Program-made: the position numbers and the translations under genes | The notes under the pieces: model-generated | What the model was told of the DNA's origin: nothing | Seen by the model: only the letters and a program-made list of their open reading frames with translations | Databases searched by the model: none | IMG/VR virus record: IMGVR_UViG_3300031834_001450 | Span: 1 to 64,000 of that record | Length of the DNA stretch: 64,000 bases | DNA from: a virus | Strand: one strand, 5' to 3' | In this document: positions 49,007-59,101 of the stretch, piece after piece | Layout: each line of letters begins with the position of its first letter | Numbering within the stretch: the stretch's first letter is position 1

Positions 49007-51679
49007 TTAAACTATTATTTTAAAATTATTAGTATTTCTTACATTTAATCTTTGTAAACATTCATTCCATTCTTCTTGATGTAAATCCCAATATTGTTTA
49101 CCATATCCATATTTCCATATTTCACCATATTTAATATCAGCCATTAGTTTCACTTGATTATTATCAATATTTTTATAATATGGTATTTCCATCCAATATT
49201 TAATAATTTTACAAACTTCTTCTATTTCATTTAAGTCTAGTTCAAATACAATCTCATCATGTACATTTATAAGTATTTTAGATTTTAGATTTTTTTCTTT
49301 AAATTCTTTCCAAATATTAATCATTGCAATAATAGTAGTTTGACCACTCGTTCCTTGTACTGGAGCATTTATTGCAGCATTTAATAAGTTACCAACATCA
49401 AAAGAAGATTGTTTTTTATTATAAAAACTATCTTTTCCAATATAAGTTAATTGAGGCAATCTTCTTTTTCTTCCTAATAGAGATTTCACCCATCCATATT
49501 TTTTAGCATGTTCACGATTATTTGTTATATATGTTGCTACTTCTGGATATGATTTATAAAATGCATCCAAAAATTTATTTCCTTCATCATTAGAAATATT
49601 AAACATATTTGCTATTCCATAATTTGTAGACCCATATAGAGCACTAAAATTTAATGACTTGGATTTACCTCTCCATTCTACAAATTCTTTATCTTCTTGA
49701 CCATCTATTTTAGTTTTTGAAAATACTTCTTCATATGTTGTTTTTTTATTTAATAATTCAAATAATTGTACGCAAGTATAACAATGCATATCTTTATTTT
49801 CAAGTATAAGAGATTCAAGAATACCAGGACCTGATATTTGAGAAAATATACAAACTTCCATTGCATCATAATCTGCAAAAGCCATAACCATATTTTTTGA
49901 CGGTAAAAATATTTTTCTAAATTCTTTTGTTTTTGGCATATTTTGCCAATTTATAGAAGACCCTAAACCACCTCCTCCTGACATTCTACCAGTTTCAGTT
50001 CCATGTAATTTATATCCACCATATAATCTATTATTATATATAGAAGCTAAAAATCCTTTTTCATTTTCTTCAAGTTCATCTTCATTACCAAATAATGCGT
50101 CTCTAGTAGATTCTTTTTGTTGTAATGAATATCCAAATTGAGAAATTTCTTTTGTAATATGATTATATTCTGCAATTTTTTTCATGAATGGTAAATTAGA
50201 TTCTTCTGCATATCTTTCTAGTGTTTCTTTATCAAGTGTTAAATCACCATTTTTATTTAAAAGTTCTTTGCCATCAGAATTTGTTAATACTTTAAAATTT
50301 TCTAAATTTCTTAAAACTTTACTTAATTCTTTACCACTTTTTAAATTAAAAGTATATCCAGCAATTTTATATAATTCTTGTTCTGTTTCTAATGCTTGTA
50401 TTTTTAATTGTTTTACATATTCATTTAAATATTTAATATCAATTTGAACACCAGTCATTTCTATATCTATAATCATTGGTATTGCTGGCATTATAAACTT
50501 ATAAAAATTATCTTTTATAAATAAATCTTCTAATTCTAATCGATTTTTAAAATATACATATAATTGATATGTTATTATACTATCATAACAAGCATATTCA
50601 AGTAATAATTGTTCTGGTAATTTTGTAAAATCAGTATTTTTATTCTGTTTAATATATTGTTTTAACTTAATATCATATCCACCTAATTGTGTATAAATCC
50701 AAGTTAATTGTTTTAATCCATTGGGGGTATTTTCATTAAGAAGATGAGAAGCTAACATAGTATCAAAAGTACATTTTGCATTATATATTCCATTACTAAT
50801 TAAAAACTTCAAATCAAATTGGGAATGATGCAAGCAAAAATCAATATCAGTTCTATTAAATAATTCAATTAATAAATTTTTATCTATTTGATCAAAATAA
50901 CAAAAATATCCAGATCTACCATCAAAAGAAAATTGAATACTATACAATTTTCCTTCTATATAATTTAAATTAGAAGTTTCAATATCTATAGCAATTGCAA
51001 TAATATCTTTATTTTTTATAAGTTCTTTAAGAAAAGAATTTGGATTTTTTTCTAAAAATAAATTATATTTTGAAATTCTTCTTTTATTTTCTACTATAGA
51101 AGATAAAATAAATTTAAATTGTTGAGTAATAAATTTATATTCATAGACATCTTTTATAGTGTCACTTATCCATTGATATAAAGCAGGAATTGGAAATATT
51201 TTACAATTAAATTCTTGAGAATATAACCAACAATCATCTTTTTGATATTCTTGTAATGAATTATTAACTGGAATAAAAAAATGTTCAGCTCGTAATCCTT
51301 TACTTTCTGTAATAGAATATAATGCTCTACCTGTAGTTATAATACATTTTGGATTATATTTTTCTATTATTTTTTTTATATTATATTCTTTACATTTTAC
51401 GTAAGTATTTATTGTATCTTGTGAAGAAAACCCAATAGGAGTACATCCAAGAGCTGGAATAATAGCATATTTTATATTTTTAAAATAATTTTCACATAAT
51501 TTTAAAAAAGGATTTAATTTATCAAATGTTTCTTTAAATTCAAGCAATATTAAAACATCTATATTTTCTTGATTTATTGAATTTCCATAATGTTCATTAT
51601 ATGTATTTGTATAAATAGTACTTTTATTTGCAGCACAACTACATTTTTGTATTTTCTTTTTTTGTAAAAAATCTTCCAT
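49007..51679 (-). CDS. polA: Family A DNA polymerase with 3'-5' exonuclease and an SPO1-type UDG-like N-terminal domain
   Basis: DIETS, FDTMLASHLL, YACYD; TETGRMS, ADYDAME, KSLNFSALYG, NAPVQGT, VHDE. Confidence 0.93.
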   Translation of the reverse strand: MEDFLQKKKIQKCSCAANKSTIYTNTYNEHYGNSINQENIDVLILLEFKETFDKLNPFLKLCENYFKNIKYAIIPALGCTPIGFSSQDTINTYVKCKEYNIKKIIEKYNPKCIITTGRALYSITESKGLRAEHFFIPVNNSLQEYQKDDCWLYSQEFNCKIFPIPALYQWISDTIKDVYEYKFITQQFKFILSSIVENKRRISKYNLFLEKNPNSFLKELIKNKDIIAIAIDIETSNLNYIEGKLYSIQFSFDGRSGYFCYFDQIDKNLLIELFNRTDIDFCLHHSQFDLKFLISNGIYNAKCTFDTMLASHLLNENTPNGLKQLTWIYTQLGGYDIKLKQYIKQNKNTDFTKLPEQLLLEYACYDSIITYQLYVYFKNRLELEDLFIKDNFYKFIMPAIPMIIDIEMTGVQIDIKYLNEYVKQLKIQALETEQELYKIAGYTFNLKSGKELSKVLRNLENFKVLTNSDGKELLNKNGDLTLDKETLERYAEESNLPFMKKIAEYNHITKEISQFGYSLQQKESTRDALFGNEDELEENEKGFLASIYNNRLYGGYKLHGTETGRMSGGGGLGSSINWQNMPKTKEFRKIFLPSKNMVMAFADYDAMEVCIFSQISGPGILESLILENKDMHCYTCVQLFELLNKKTTYEEVFSKTKIDGQEDKEFVEWRGKSKSLNFSALYGSTNYGIANMFNISNDEGNKFLDAFYKSYPEVATYITNNREHAKKYGWVKSLLGRKRRLPQLTYIGKDSFYNKKQSSFDVGNLLNAAINAPVQGTSGQTTIIAMINIWKEFKEKNLKSKILINVHDEIVFELDLNEIEEVCKIIKYWMEIPYYKNIDNNQVKLMADIKYGEIWKYGYGKQYWDLHQEEWNECLQRLNVRNTNNFKIIV

Positions 51680-51724
51680 TTATTTTTTCCTTATTTTGAT
51701 AATATATAAACTAATTATAAAAAT

Positions 51725-52165
51725 TTAAATTTTTTCTACTTCAATCCCTCTATTTTTTAAAAAATCTATTCCAGAAGAATCTCTATATTCTTCTCTATAA
51801 AAAACTTTTTTAATACCAGCAGATAGAATTTGTAAACTACAATTAAAACATGGAGATAATGTTATATAGATTGTTGATCCATTAGGAGAAATACCCTGTT
51901 TTACTGCTTTATGTATGGCATTAAGTTCTGAATGCATTACTTCTTTTCTAGTAACTAATTCTCCCAGTTCATTAATATATTCACATTCATTGTCCATTCC
52001 CATGGGCATACCATTATATCCATATGCTATAATATTATGATCTTTAACAATAACGCATCCAACCTTATTACGAGTTGCATAAGACATCTGAGATGTATTA
52101 ACTGCAATAGACATATATAATTGATCATATTGTTTTATTCGTTCCTTATTCATTATAACTCTCAA
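51725..52165 (-). CDS. dCMP deaminase
   Basis: KVGCVIVKD, GYNG, HSELNAI, TLSPCFNC. Confidence 0.93.
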   Translation of the reverse strand: MRVIMNKERIKQYDQLYMSIAVNTSQMSYATRNKVGCVIVKDHNIIAYGYNGMPMGMDNECEYINELGELVTRKEVMHSELNAIHKAVKQGISPNGSTIYITLSPCFNCSLQILSAGIKKVFYREEYRDSSGIDFLKNRGIEVEKI

Positions 52166-52865
52166 CTATTTTTTGTAATAAATCAAAATGTCTATCATAT
52201 ATATGAAAAGATCCAAAAAAGAAATTAATAATTCCCATTTGTAAAGTTGGATATATTTCTTTTAATTCTAAATATAATTTATTATAAACATAACAATGCC
52301 AATAAAAATCATTAAAAAAGCCATAAATTCCATCGCAACTTCTTTGATCTACAAAATATATCAATGAATTATTTCTAATAAAACATTGAACACTATTGGT
52401 ACATACAAAATCTGACATTCCATTTCTATTATAATCTATATGCATAGATGGTCTTGTATATAACATTAATGCTCTTCTTGATAGAGGATTAAATATTAAT
52501 TCTTGTTTACAATTATTAAATTGATTATAATTCTCTTCAGAAAAAATTAAATAACCATAATTAGAATTTATTTCTTTTTTTTCATCTTTAGTACAAACAT
52601 CGTTCCATATTTTAATATCATCAACATAATCAATAATAGATAATGATTCTGAAAGATACCAATTTAATTCTTTTTCTACATATTGAATAGAAGTTTTTTT
52701 AATTTCATTAAAATTTAAAATTGATTGTACTGGATTTAATCCTTCTATTTTACATCCAATAATTTCAACAACTTTAATACCAGTTTTATCTATTACAAAC
52801 TTTTTATTTTGTATATCACTATATAATTTTTTAAAACTCGGTAACAATATTTGTTCATTAGTCAT
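52146..52865 (-). CDS. dCMP hydroxymethylase, T4 gp42-like (thymidylate synthase fold)
   Basis: DKTGIKVVEIIG, EINSNYG, SRRALMLYTRPSM..DYN..GMSDFVCTN, RSCD..YGFFND, GSFHIY match T4 gp42 as recalled. The Asp that specifies dCMP is kept. Confidence 0.88.
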   Translation of the reverse strand: MTNEQILLPSFKKLYSDIQNKKFVIDKTGIKVVEIIGCKIEGLNPVQSILNFNEIKKTSIQYVEKELNWYLSESLSIIDYVDDIKIWNDVCTKDEKKEINSNYGYLIFSEENYNQFNNCKQELIFNPLSRRALMLYTRPSMHIDYNRNGMSDFVCTNSVQCFIRNNSLIYFVDQRSCDGIYGFFNDFYWHCYVYNKLYLELKEIYPTLQMGIINFFFGSFHIYDRHFDLLQKIVESYNE

Positions 52866-54070
52866 TTTAATAATCCTTCAATATCTTTAATTACATTATT
52901 TGAAATTTCTTCAAAAGCTCCTTGATTATTTCTAATTTTAATTTCTTTAAATTCATTTGTATTAATATAATCTAAAGAATCTAGTGCATAATTTAATTTT
53001 TGTACTATGCTATCAACTATAGGTGAATCACCATCATGATCGATATAATAAGGATACTTTTTACCACCTCTTCTAGCATATTCAAAAACCATAGGCATTA
53101 TAGTAATATTATTACAATAAAGAGACTCCACTTGACTACACCCCCCCATTCTCTCAAGAATAAATCCATGAAAGCTAATATCTGCTTTCCATAATAATTC
53201 AAAGTATTCTTGTCTATTAAGAGATCCTTCTTTATAAATATAGAGAGGTTTAACTAATTCTTTTAATTCATCTATGGAATATTTTCCAGATGGATTTGTA
53301 AATATAACTTGAAAATCTTTTCTTTTTTCATAAAGTTTATTTACTGCTTCAATAAATTCTATGTGATGAGTATAGTTTATACCACTTAATCTATTGAGAA
53401 ATAATATAGTTTTCTTTTCAAATTTTTCTTCTAATTTATAAGTATCAGCCTCTTTTTTAGAAAATCCAAAATCCCAAATAAAACTTTTCTTTTTAATTTG
53501 ATTTATTTTATTTGATTTAAAAACTAATTTAGCATTATTAAAAAAAGCTTCTTTTGTTGATTTACAAGTAAAAATACAAAGATCAGAACATTCATATCCA
53601 TCAAATTGTCTATATTGATAACTTATTTCAGTAGCCACTTTTGCTTCATTAATTTCAGGAGTATCCATCCAATAACAACAAGAAATTAACTTTGTTTCTT
53701 TTGATTTTTGAAATAAATATGTTTTTATATTTCTAGAAAGTTCTATAATATTATTCCATACAATATCAATCTTTGGAAGTTCTTTAAAAATAGAATCAAA
53801 TTCAATAATATTAAAATGTTGTCGTATTGTAAATGCATCAATAGGATAAGTATAGGGAATAAAAATAACATTTTTGTGTTTAAAGATATTATCATAAGAT
53901 TTTATGTCAGCAAAATCTTTAAGTGGTGCAATAAGAATATAAACTGTCCAATTTATCTTTTCAACAATTTCAGTTAAAATCCCAACTAGCATATTAATGT
54001 TACTATCAGCGCTAATCCATTTATTTTCATTATTATAAATACTTTGTTGCAAAATATATAAAATATTCAT
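52862..54070 (-). CDS. GT-B glycosyltransferase, probable DNA (hmC) glycosyltransferase
   Basis: ILFLNRLS, LNRQEYFELLWKAD, GGCSQVES; translationally coupled (ATGA) to the gp42-like gene. Confidence 0.7.
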   Translation of the reverse strand: MNILYILQQSIYNNENKWISADSNINMLVGILTEIVEKINWTVYILIAPLKDFADIKSYDNIFKHKNVIFIPYTYPIDAFTIRQHFNIIEFDSIFKELPKIDIVWNNIIELSRNIKTYLFQKSKETKLISCCYWMDTPEINEAKVATEISYQYRQFDGYECSDLCIFTCKSTKEAFFNNAKLVFKSNKINQIKKKSFIWDFGFSKKEADTYKLEEKFEKKTILFLNRLSGINYTHHIEFIEAVNKLYEKRKDFQVIFTNPSGKYSIDELKELVKPLYIYKEGSLNRQEYFELLWKADISFHGFILERMGGCSQVESLYCNNITIMPMVFEYARRGGKKYPYYIDHDGDSPIVDSIVQKLNYALDSLDYINTNEFKEIKIRNNQGAFEEISNNVIKDIEGLLK

Positions 54071-54753
54071 TTATTATCTCCTATTATATTTTTTAAATGC
54101 GCTTCACTTCTATTTCTTAATTTAATTTTATGTTTTCTAAGTATTTTGCTAATAGGCCCACCATAGACATTATATCTTTTTCCTATTGTATAAGGTGATT
54201 CTTTTAAATTTAAATATGAAAAAATTATTTCTTTTTCTTGCTCATCTGTAAAAAATTTACCACTAGCTTCTTGTAAATTTCTTTTATGCACATTATTTTC
54301 TTTTAATATTCTTTCAATAACCGCACCACTAACATTAAATATTTTTCCTATATTTTTTAAAGATATTTTGTCATTATACATATTTAAAATAGATATAGTT
54401 TGTGATTGAGAAAATTGAATTTTACTTCTTCCAGGACAATCTGTATTATCTGGATCCTGTTTATTATACCCAAATTCACTATTTTTTGTTTTATAAAAGT
54501 CTATATAATATTTTTCCTTTTGTCTAAGAGTATCTTCATTATATTCTGATAGTAATTCGATAATATAAAAATTAAAATTTTCTTTGCCGTATTTTAATAA
54601 TGAAAATCTTAAATGTTTATTTATGGCCTCATTTTTTAAAAATAATTGCATATGATCTTTTAACCTTGACTGAACATATTTAGAACTTCCAATATATTTT
54701 TTGTTATTTATTTTATTTTCAATACAATATATTCCAGGTTGTACAAATAGCAT
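54067..54753 (-). CDS. Free-standing GIY-YIG homing endonuclease
   Basis: PGIYCIENKINNKKYIGSS...R, EKYYI, GYN; two C-terminal HTH repeats. Confidence 0.9.
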   Translation of the reverse strand: MLFVQPGIYCIENKINNKKYIGSSKYVQSRLKDHMQLFLKNEAINKHLRFSLLKYGKENFNFYIIELLSEYNEDTLRQKEKYYIDFYKTKNSEFGYNKQDPDNTDCPGRSKIQFSQSQTISILNMYNDKISLKNIGKIFNVSGAVIERILKENNVHKRNLQEASGKFFTDEQEKEIIFSYLNLKESPYTIGKRYNVYGGPISKILRKHKIKLRNRSEAHLKNIIGDNK

Positions 54754-55254
54754 TTATTCTCCTATGAATTCTTTTATTTTTAATATTTGATTTTCTAAAT
54801 TTTCATCTGTAGTATCTAATATAAGATATTCACATTTTGTTTTTTTAAGAAATTCAATATAATATTGTTTTATTAATTTTATTTTATTTTGATTAATAAC
54901 ATCATCAATATATATTTTATATTCTTTTTTAAAACAATAAATAAGTTTTAATTTCAACTTAGAAAACTCTTCATCTATTTGCCATATAAAATTTTCATTA
55001 AATTGTCTATCTAATGCTAAGGAATATGAAAAATGACAAGCAATTCCACGATCCATAATTAAATTAGTTGGAACTTGTTTTAAATAATCTATAAAAAATC
55101 TACTTTCATATTCTACTGAAAGATCAATTTCATTATTTTTAAAATATTCTTTTGTATTATTATTTCTATAATATGAAATATTTAATAACTTAGATATTAT
55201 TTGAGCAATTGTTGTTTTTGCTGTTCTATCAGGACCAATAAATTGAATCAACAT
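54754..55254 (-). CDS. dNMP kinase (thymidylate kinase-like)
   Basis: FIGPDRTAKTT P-loop variant, IMDR. Confidence 0.75.
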   Translation of the reverse strand: MLIQFIGPDRTAKTTIAQIISKLLNISYYRNNNTKEYFKNNEIDLSVEYESRFFIDYLKQVPTNLIMDRGIACHFSYSLALDRQFNENFIWQIDEEFSKLKLKLIYCFKKEYKIYIDDVINQNKIKLIKQYYIEFLKKTKCEYLILDTTDENLENQILKIKEFIGE

Positions 55255-55265
55255 TAAATTTTTCC

Positions 55266-55955
55266 TTATATTTTTTCTAAAAAATAAATCACATCTCTAC
55301 TTAATTTATAATTATTCCAAGCAAATAAAACTCGTTGAATTTCAATTGGTAAAATAGTAAACTCTTCTATTGCACAATTATTTAAATAATTATCATTTGA
55401 CATACTCCATCCATGTACATCTAATATTTTGAGTCCACTTTGATTAAAACAATCTTCAAGTTCTTTATAAGTATATTCATAATTATGATATTTTGGCCAA
55501 TTTACAATATTTGATATTTGATTTGGTGTACTTATAATTAAATATTTAAAAGGTAAATTACAAATTTTATTAAAAATTTCTATTCCTTTTTCTTTTGAAT
55601 TAAAATGTTCAATTACATCTAATAATAATAAACAATCAATTTTATTTTTTAAAATAATTTCTTGAATAGTTAAAAATACATTTTCTGTTTTATAAAAAAT
55701 TCCATTACTACAAAGATTATCATATATAATTGAATCTCTATAATCAATACCAAAATAAGAAATAATTTTATTTGATTCAATTAATAATTTATTAATATAT
55801 GCTGTATCACAACCCACATCAATAATTGATTCAATATTATTTTTAATAATAAATTCTCTAACAGATTGATCTTTAAATAATTTACTTATATATCCAGGAT
55901 CAAGATCTATTTTAGATAATTGTTGTCTTAATGATGACATATCAACAATAGTCAT
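55266..55955 (-). CDS. Class I SAM-dependent methyltransferase
   Basis: IIDVGCD, YFGIDY, DVIEHF, IISTPN. Confidence 0.8.
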   Translation of the reverse strand: MTIVDMSSLRQQLSKIDLDPGYISKLFKDQSVREFIIKNNIESIIDVGCDTAYINKLLIESNKIISYFGIDYRDSIIYDNLCSNGIFYKTENVFLTIQEIILKNKIDCLLLLDVIEHFNSKEKGIEIFNKICNLPFKYLIISTPNQISNIVNWPKYHNYEYTYKELEDCFNQSGLKILDVHGWSMSNDNYLNNCAIEEFTILPIEIQRVLFAWNNYKLSRDVIYFLEKI

Positions 55956-56992
55956 ATTTTTTCTAAATTTACCATTTCAATTACCCATGGTATAATTTCA
56001 TCTAATGCTTTATTTAATGAAGTTTCTGCTTTAAATCCTAATAACTTTTCTGCTTTATCAATAGAAGGAATTCGGCATTGTACATCATATTCATACGGGT
56101 TATCTGAAATATAATTAAACTCTACATTAGAATTTAATCTATCCCAAATAATTTTTGCAAGTTCTAATACAGTATAACTTTCAGGGGTACTTAAATTAAA
56201 ATCAGTATTTAATGCATTTTCATTAAAAATGGCTTGATAAATCCCTTCTGCTAAATCTCCTGCATATGTATAATGGCGTATTTGATTTCCTTTTCCAAGA
56301 ATATGAAGCGGGTTTTGACCTTTAATTATTTTTTGTATAAGATCAGGTATTACATGGCTAAGAGCTAATTTAATATTACCAGACATAACTACTGTTTCTG
56401 TCATAGCTGCTTGTTCCCCAATTCCAGCTGCATTAAATGGTCTTACAATAGTATATGGAAGTTTATATTGTTCATATGCACCTTTAACAAAATATTCAAT
56501 TGCAAGTTTTTGAAATCCATATGTTGATAATGGAGGTGGGCAAATCAATTGATCTCCTTCTTTTGAAGGAAAAGTTTCTGTTGATTCAAAAACCATACTT
56601 GAAGATATTGCAATTATTTTTTTAAGAAATCCTTCTTTATGCGCTTTAATTGCAATATCAAAAATAGATGCGGTAAGTCTTTCATTTTCAGCAAGTAAAT
56701 CATAAGCCAATTCATGAAAGAAACTTATACCACCAATCCACGCAGCTCCATGCACAATATAATCTATTTTATTAGAAAAAATTATATTTTCTAAAATATC
56801 TTTATTTTTTGCATCACCATAAAAATGAAAATAATTTGGATGTTTATCAAAACTTTTTTCTAATGGACCATATTTCCAATCATTATCTACTCCATAAACA
56901 ATATGACCTTCATTTAATAATTTTTGTATTGAATATCCTGCAATAAAACCTCGATCACCAGTCCAAAATATTTTAGCCATTAATTTCTCCAA
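55952..56992 (-). CDS. NAD-dependent NDP-sugar epimerase/dehydratase (extended SDR)
   Basis: TGDRGFIAG, SSSMVF, YGFQK, RPFN. Confidence 0.92.
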   Translation of the reverse strand: MEKLMAKIFWTGDRGFIAGYSIQKLLNEGHIVYGVDNDWKYGPLEKSFDKHPNYFHFYGDAKNKDILENIIFSNKIDYIVHGAAWIGGISFFHELAYDLLAENERLTASIFDIAIKAHKEGFLKKIIAISSSMVFESTETFPSKEGDQLICPPPLSTYGFQKLAIEYFVKGAYEQYKLPYTIVRPFNAAGIGEQAAMTETVVMSGNIKLALSHVIPDLIQKIIKGQNPLHILGKGNQIRHYTYAGDLAEGIYQAIFNENALNTDFNLSTPESYTVLELAKIIWDRLNSNVEFNYISDNPYEYDVQCRIPSIDKAEKLLGFKAETSLNKALDEIIPWVIEMVNLEKI

Positions 56993-58212
56993 TTATTATA
57001 TAAATTTTCTTTTAATATATTCCATCCATCAATTACTATTTTATCATTAAATTCTTCTTTAGTAAAAGTAAGATATTCTTTATGATTTATTGCTATAATA
57101 ATAATATCACATTGTTTAACTTCTTCTATTGAATAATTTATAAAAATCATATTATTATATTTATCATTATATTCTCCTAACGGAAGATTAGGTTCATTTA
57201 TTTTAATTTGTTCTGGTAAATTACGTTCTAAATATCTAATTAATTTAGGTGTTAAATTATCTCTAGTATCATCAGTATTACTTTTAAATGTAAATCCAAA
57301 AATTCCAATAGTTTTATTTTTAATATCATTTTGAATTAAATCAACATAAAATTTTGGTGTAAATTCATTAATTTTGTAAGCTTGTAATATTAAATCTGTT
57401 TGTGGAAAATTTTCATTAATCATTCCCCAATCTTTCGTTAAACATGTGCCTTTTGCAAAACCAGGAGTCAATAATCCTTTATTTCTATCATATCCAGGAT
57501 TCATTAAAGAAAATAATTTATATATATCAACTCCAAATGATTGTGACATATATGAAAAATAATTAGGAATTGCCATATTTATGTAACGATAAATATTTGT
57601 AAATAATTTACTTAATTCAGCTTCAATAAAAGTTGATTTAAAGATTTGAATTCCTAAAATAGAAAAAATATTTTTTGCAAGATCAAAACTAATATCATCT
57701 TTTACTCCAATAACTTGAGGTAATTCTAATAATTCTTTATATGCTTCGCCTTCAACTATTCTTTCAGGACACATTGCTAAATAAAAATCTTTACCAAGAA
57801 TATAGTTTGTTTTATTTTCAATAATATTTTTGATATACTCAGTTGTATTAGGTGCAACTGTTGATCTAAGAATAATTAATTTATTTTTAATATCTATTTT
57901 AGAAATTAAATCATTAATTACGAATGTTACTTGAGATAAATCTGTTTCAATATGTTCTCCTAGTGGAGTTCCAACAGTTAGTATATATGCTTTTGCATCA
58001 GGGTAATTTTCATATTTTGAATTATAAATTGTAAAAGTTTCTTTAACTAATTCATCATATCCTGGTTCATAAAATGGCATTTTATTATTTTTAATACCCT
58101 CTATCATTTCATCATTAATATCTACACCACAAACATTTAACTTTTTTTCTCGTAAAGATAATGCCAATGGAAGACCAACTCTTCCACATCCTATTACACA
58201 AATATCATACAT
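56980..58212 (-). CDS. NDP-sugar 6-dehydrogenase (Ugd/WecC family)
   Basis: VIGCGRVGLP, TVGTP, RSTV, PERI, KLFTN, GTCLTKD, FKSNTDD.R. Confidence 0.92.
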   Translation of the reverse strand: MYDICVIGCGRVGLPLALSLREKKLNVCGVDINDEMIEGIKNNKMPFYEPGYDELVKETFTIYNSKYENYPDAKAYILTVGTPLGEHIETDLSQVTFVINDLISKIDIKNKLIILRSTVAPNTTEYIKNIIENKTNYILGKDFYLAMCPERIVEGEAYKELLELPQVIGVKDDISFDLAKNIFSILGIQIFKSTFIEAELSKLFTNIYRYINMAIPNYFSYMSQSFGVDIYKLFSLMNPGYDRNKGLLTPGFAKGTCLTKDWGMINENFPQTDLILQAYKINEFTPKFYVDLIQNDIKNKTIGIFGFTFKSNTDDTRDNLTPKLIRYLERNLPEQIKINEPNLPLGEYNDKYNNMIFINYSIEEVKQCDIIIIAINHKEYLTFTKEEFNDKIVIDGWNILKENLYNNWRN

Positions 58213-58234
58213 ATATTAACTCCATTTTTATTTT

Positions 58235-58729
58235 CTATTTTATTCCCGTACTTCCAAAACCACCACTTCCTCTTGAAGATTCTTTATCTATATAAAGTTC
58301 TGAAAATTCTACTTCATATGGTAAAAGATAAGAAATAGGAATTAGTATAAATTGAATTATTTTTTCATTTTGTTCTATAACCACTATTTCATTAGAAGAA
58401 TTAATAAGAGAAATATGTATTTCACCTAAATAATCTTCATCTATAGTTTCTGCTGCTTTTATTAAACCTCTTCTTGAACTTATTCCAGATTTATTAAATG
58501 CGTTTAACATAAATCCATCTGGTATATTTGCATGAATACCTGATGGAATTAAACATCTTTCATTTGGATTTAGGATAATTGCTGTATTATTTATTTGAAT
58601 ATTTGAATTTTTTAATTTAAAATCTAATAAAAATTGTGAATCAAATACAGGAATAAAAAAATCTATTCCAGCAGATTTTGGAGTTGATCTAATTGGACTT
58701 TTTACCTCTCTAATTTTCGAAAATTTCAT
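58235..58729 (-). CDS. dut: Trimeric dUTPase-family pyrophosphatase 1
   Basis: SAGIDF, KSG, IDEDYLGE, RGSGGFGSTG. Confidence 0.88.
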   Translation of the reverse strand: MKFSKIREVKSPIRSTPKSAGIDFFIPVFDSQFLLDFKLKNSNIQINNTAIILNPNERCLIPSGIHANIPDGFMLNAFNKSGISSRRGLIKAAETIDEDYLGEIHISLINSSNEIVVIEQNEKIIQFILIPISYLLPYEVEFSELYIDKESSRGSGGFGSTGIK

Positions 58730-58757
58730 TAACTATATTCTCCTTATTATTAATTCT

Positions 58758-59051
58758 TTATTTTATTAAAAATCTTATTTGATCAGAATCCCCTTTAGAA
58801 GAAATTTTCATAAATGATAAAAATTCAGCAGGTAGAGACTTATAAGTTTGAGAATAATATCCACTAAGTGTTTTATTACCAATACTATGCCAAATTCCTA
58901 CACCTTCTTGTATAAATTCTTTTAAACTCTTAGTTGATTCATATTCAGTATATTCTTTTGAAATAAGGTAAGTACTCAGCATAAAATAAAATTTTAAACT
59001 ATTTATTATTTCATATCTTGAAGAATCTTCATTATTATTCAAAATTACCAC
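58758..59051 (-). CDS. Hypothetical protein
   Basis: First ORF after the early motif at 59068-59099. Confidence 0.45.
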   Translation of the reverse strand: MVILNNNEDSSRYEIINSLKFYFMLSTYLISKEYTEYESTKSLKEFIQEGVGIWHSIGNKTLSGYYSQTYKSLPAEFLSFMKISSKGDSDQIRFLIK

Positions 59052-59067
59052 CTTTTTAATATATTTT

Positions 59068-59099
59068 TATATATATAAAATTTTTATAAAAAATTAAAC
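59068..59099 (-). promoter_or_regulatory. Early-type promoter heading the DNA-modification operon
   Basis: GTTTAATTTTTTATAAAAATTTTATATATATA. Confidence 0.6.
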
Positions 59100-59101
59100 T
59101 T

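Noticed and set aside
52146-52865. Ordinary thymidylate synthase ThyA
   Set aside because: Motifs match T4 gp42 (DKTG, NSNYG, TRPSM, CTN, FND) rather than ThyA (PCH, PFN).
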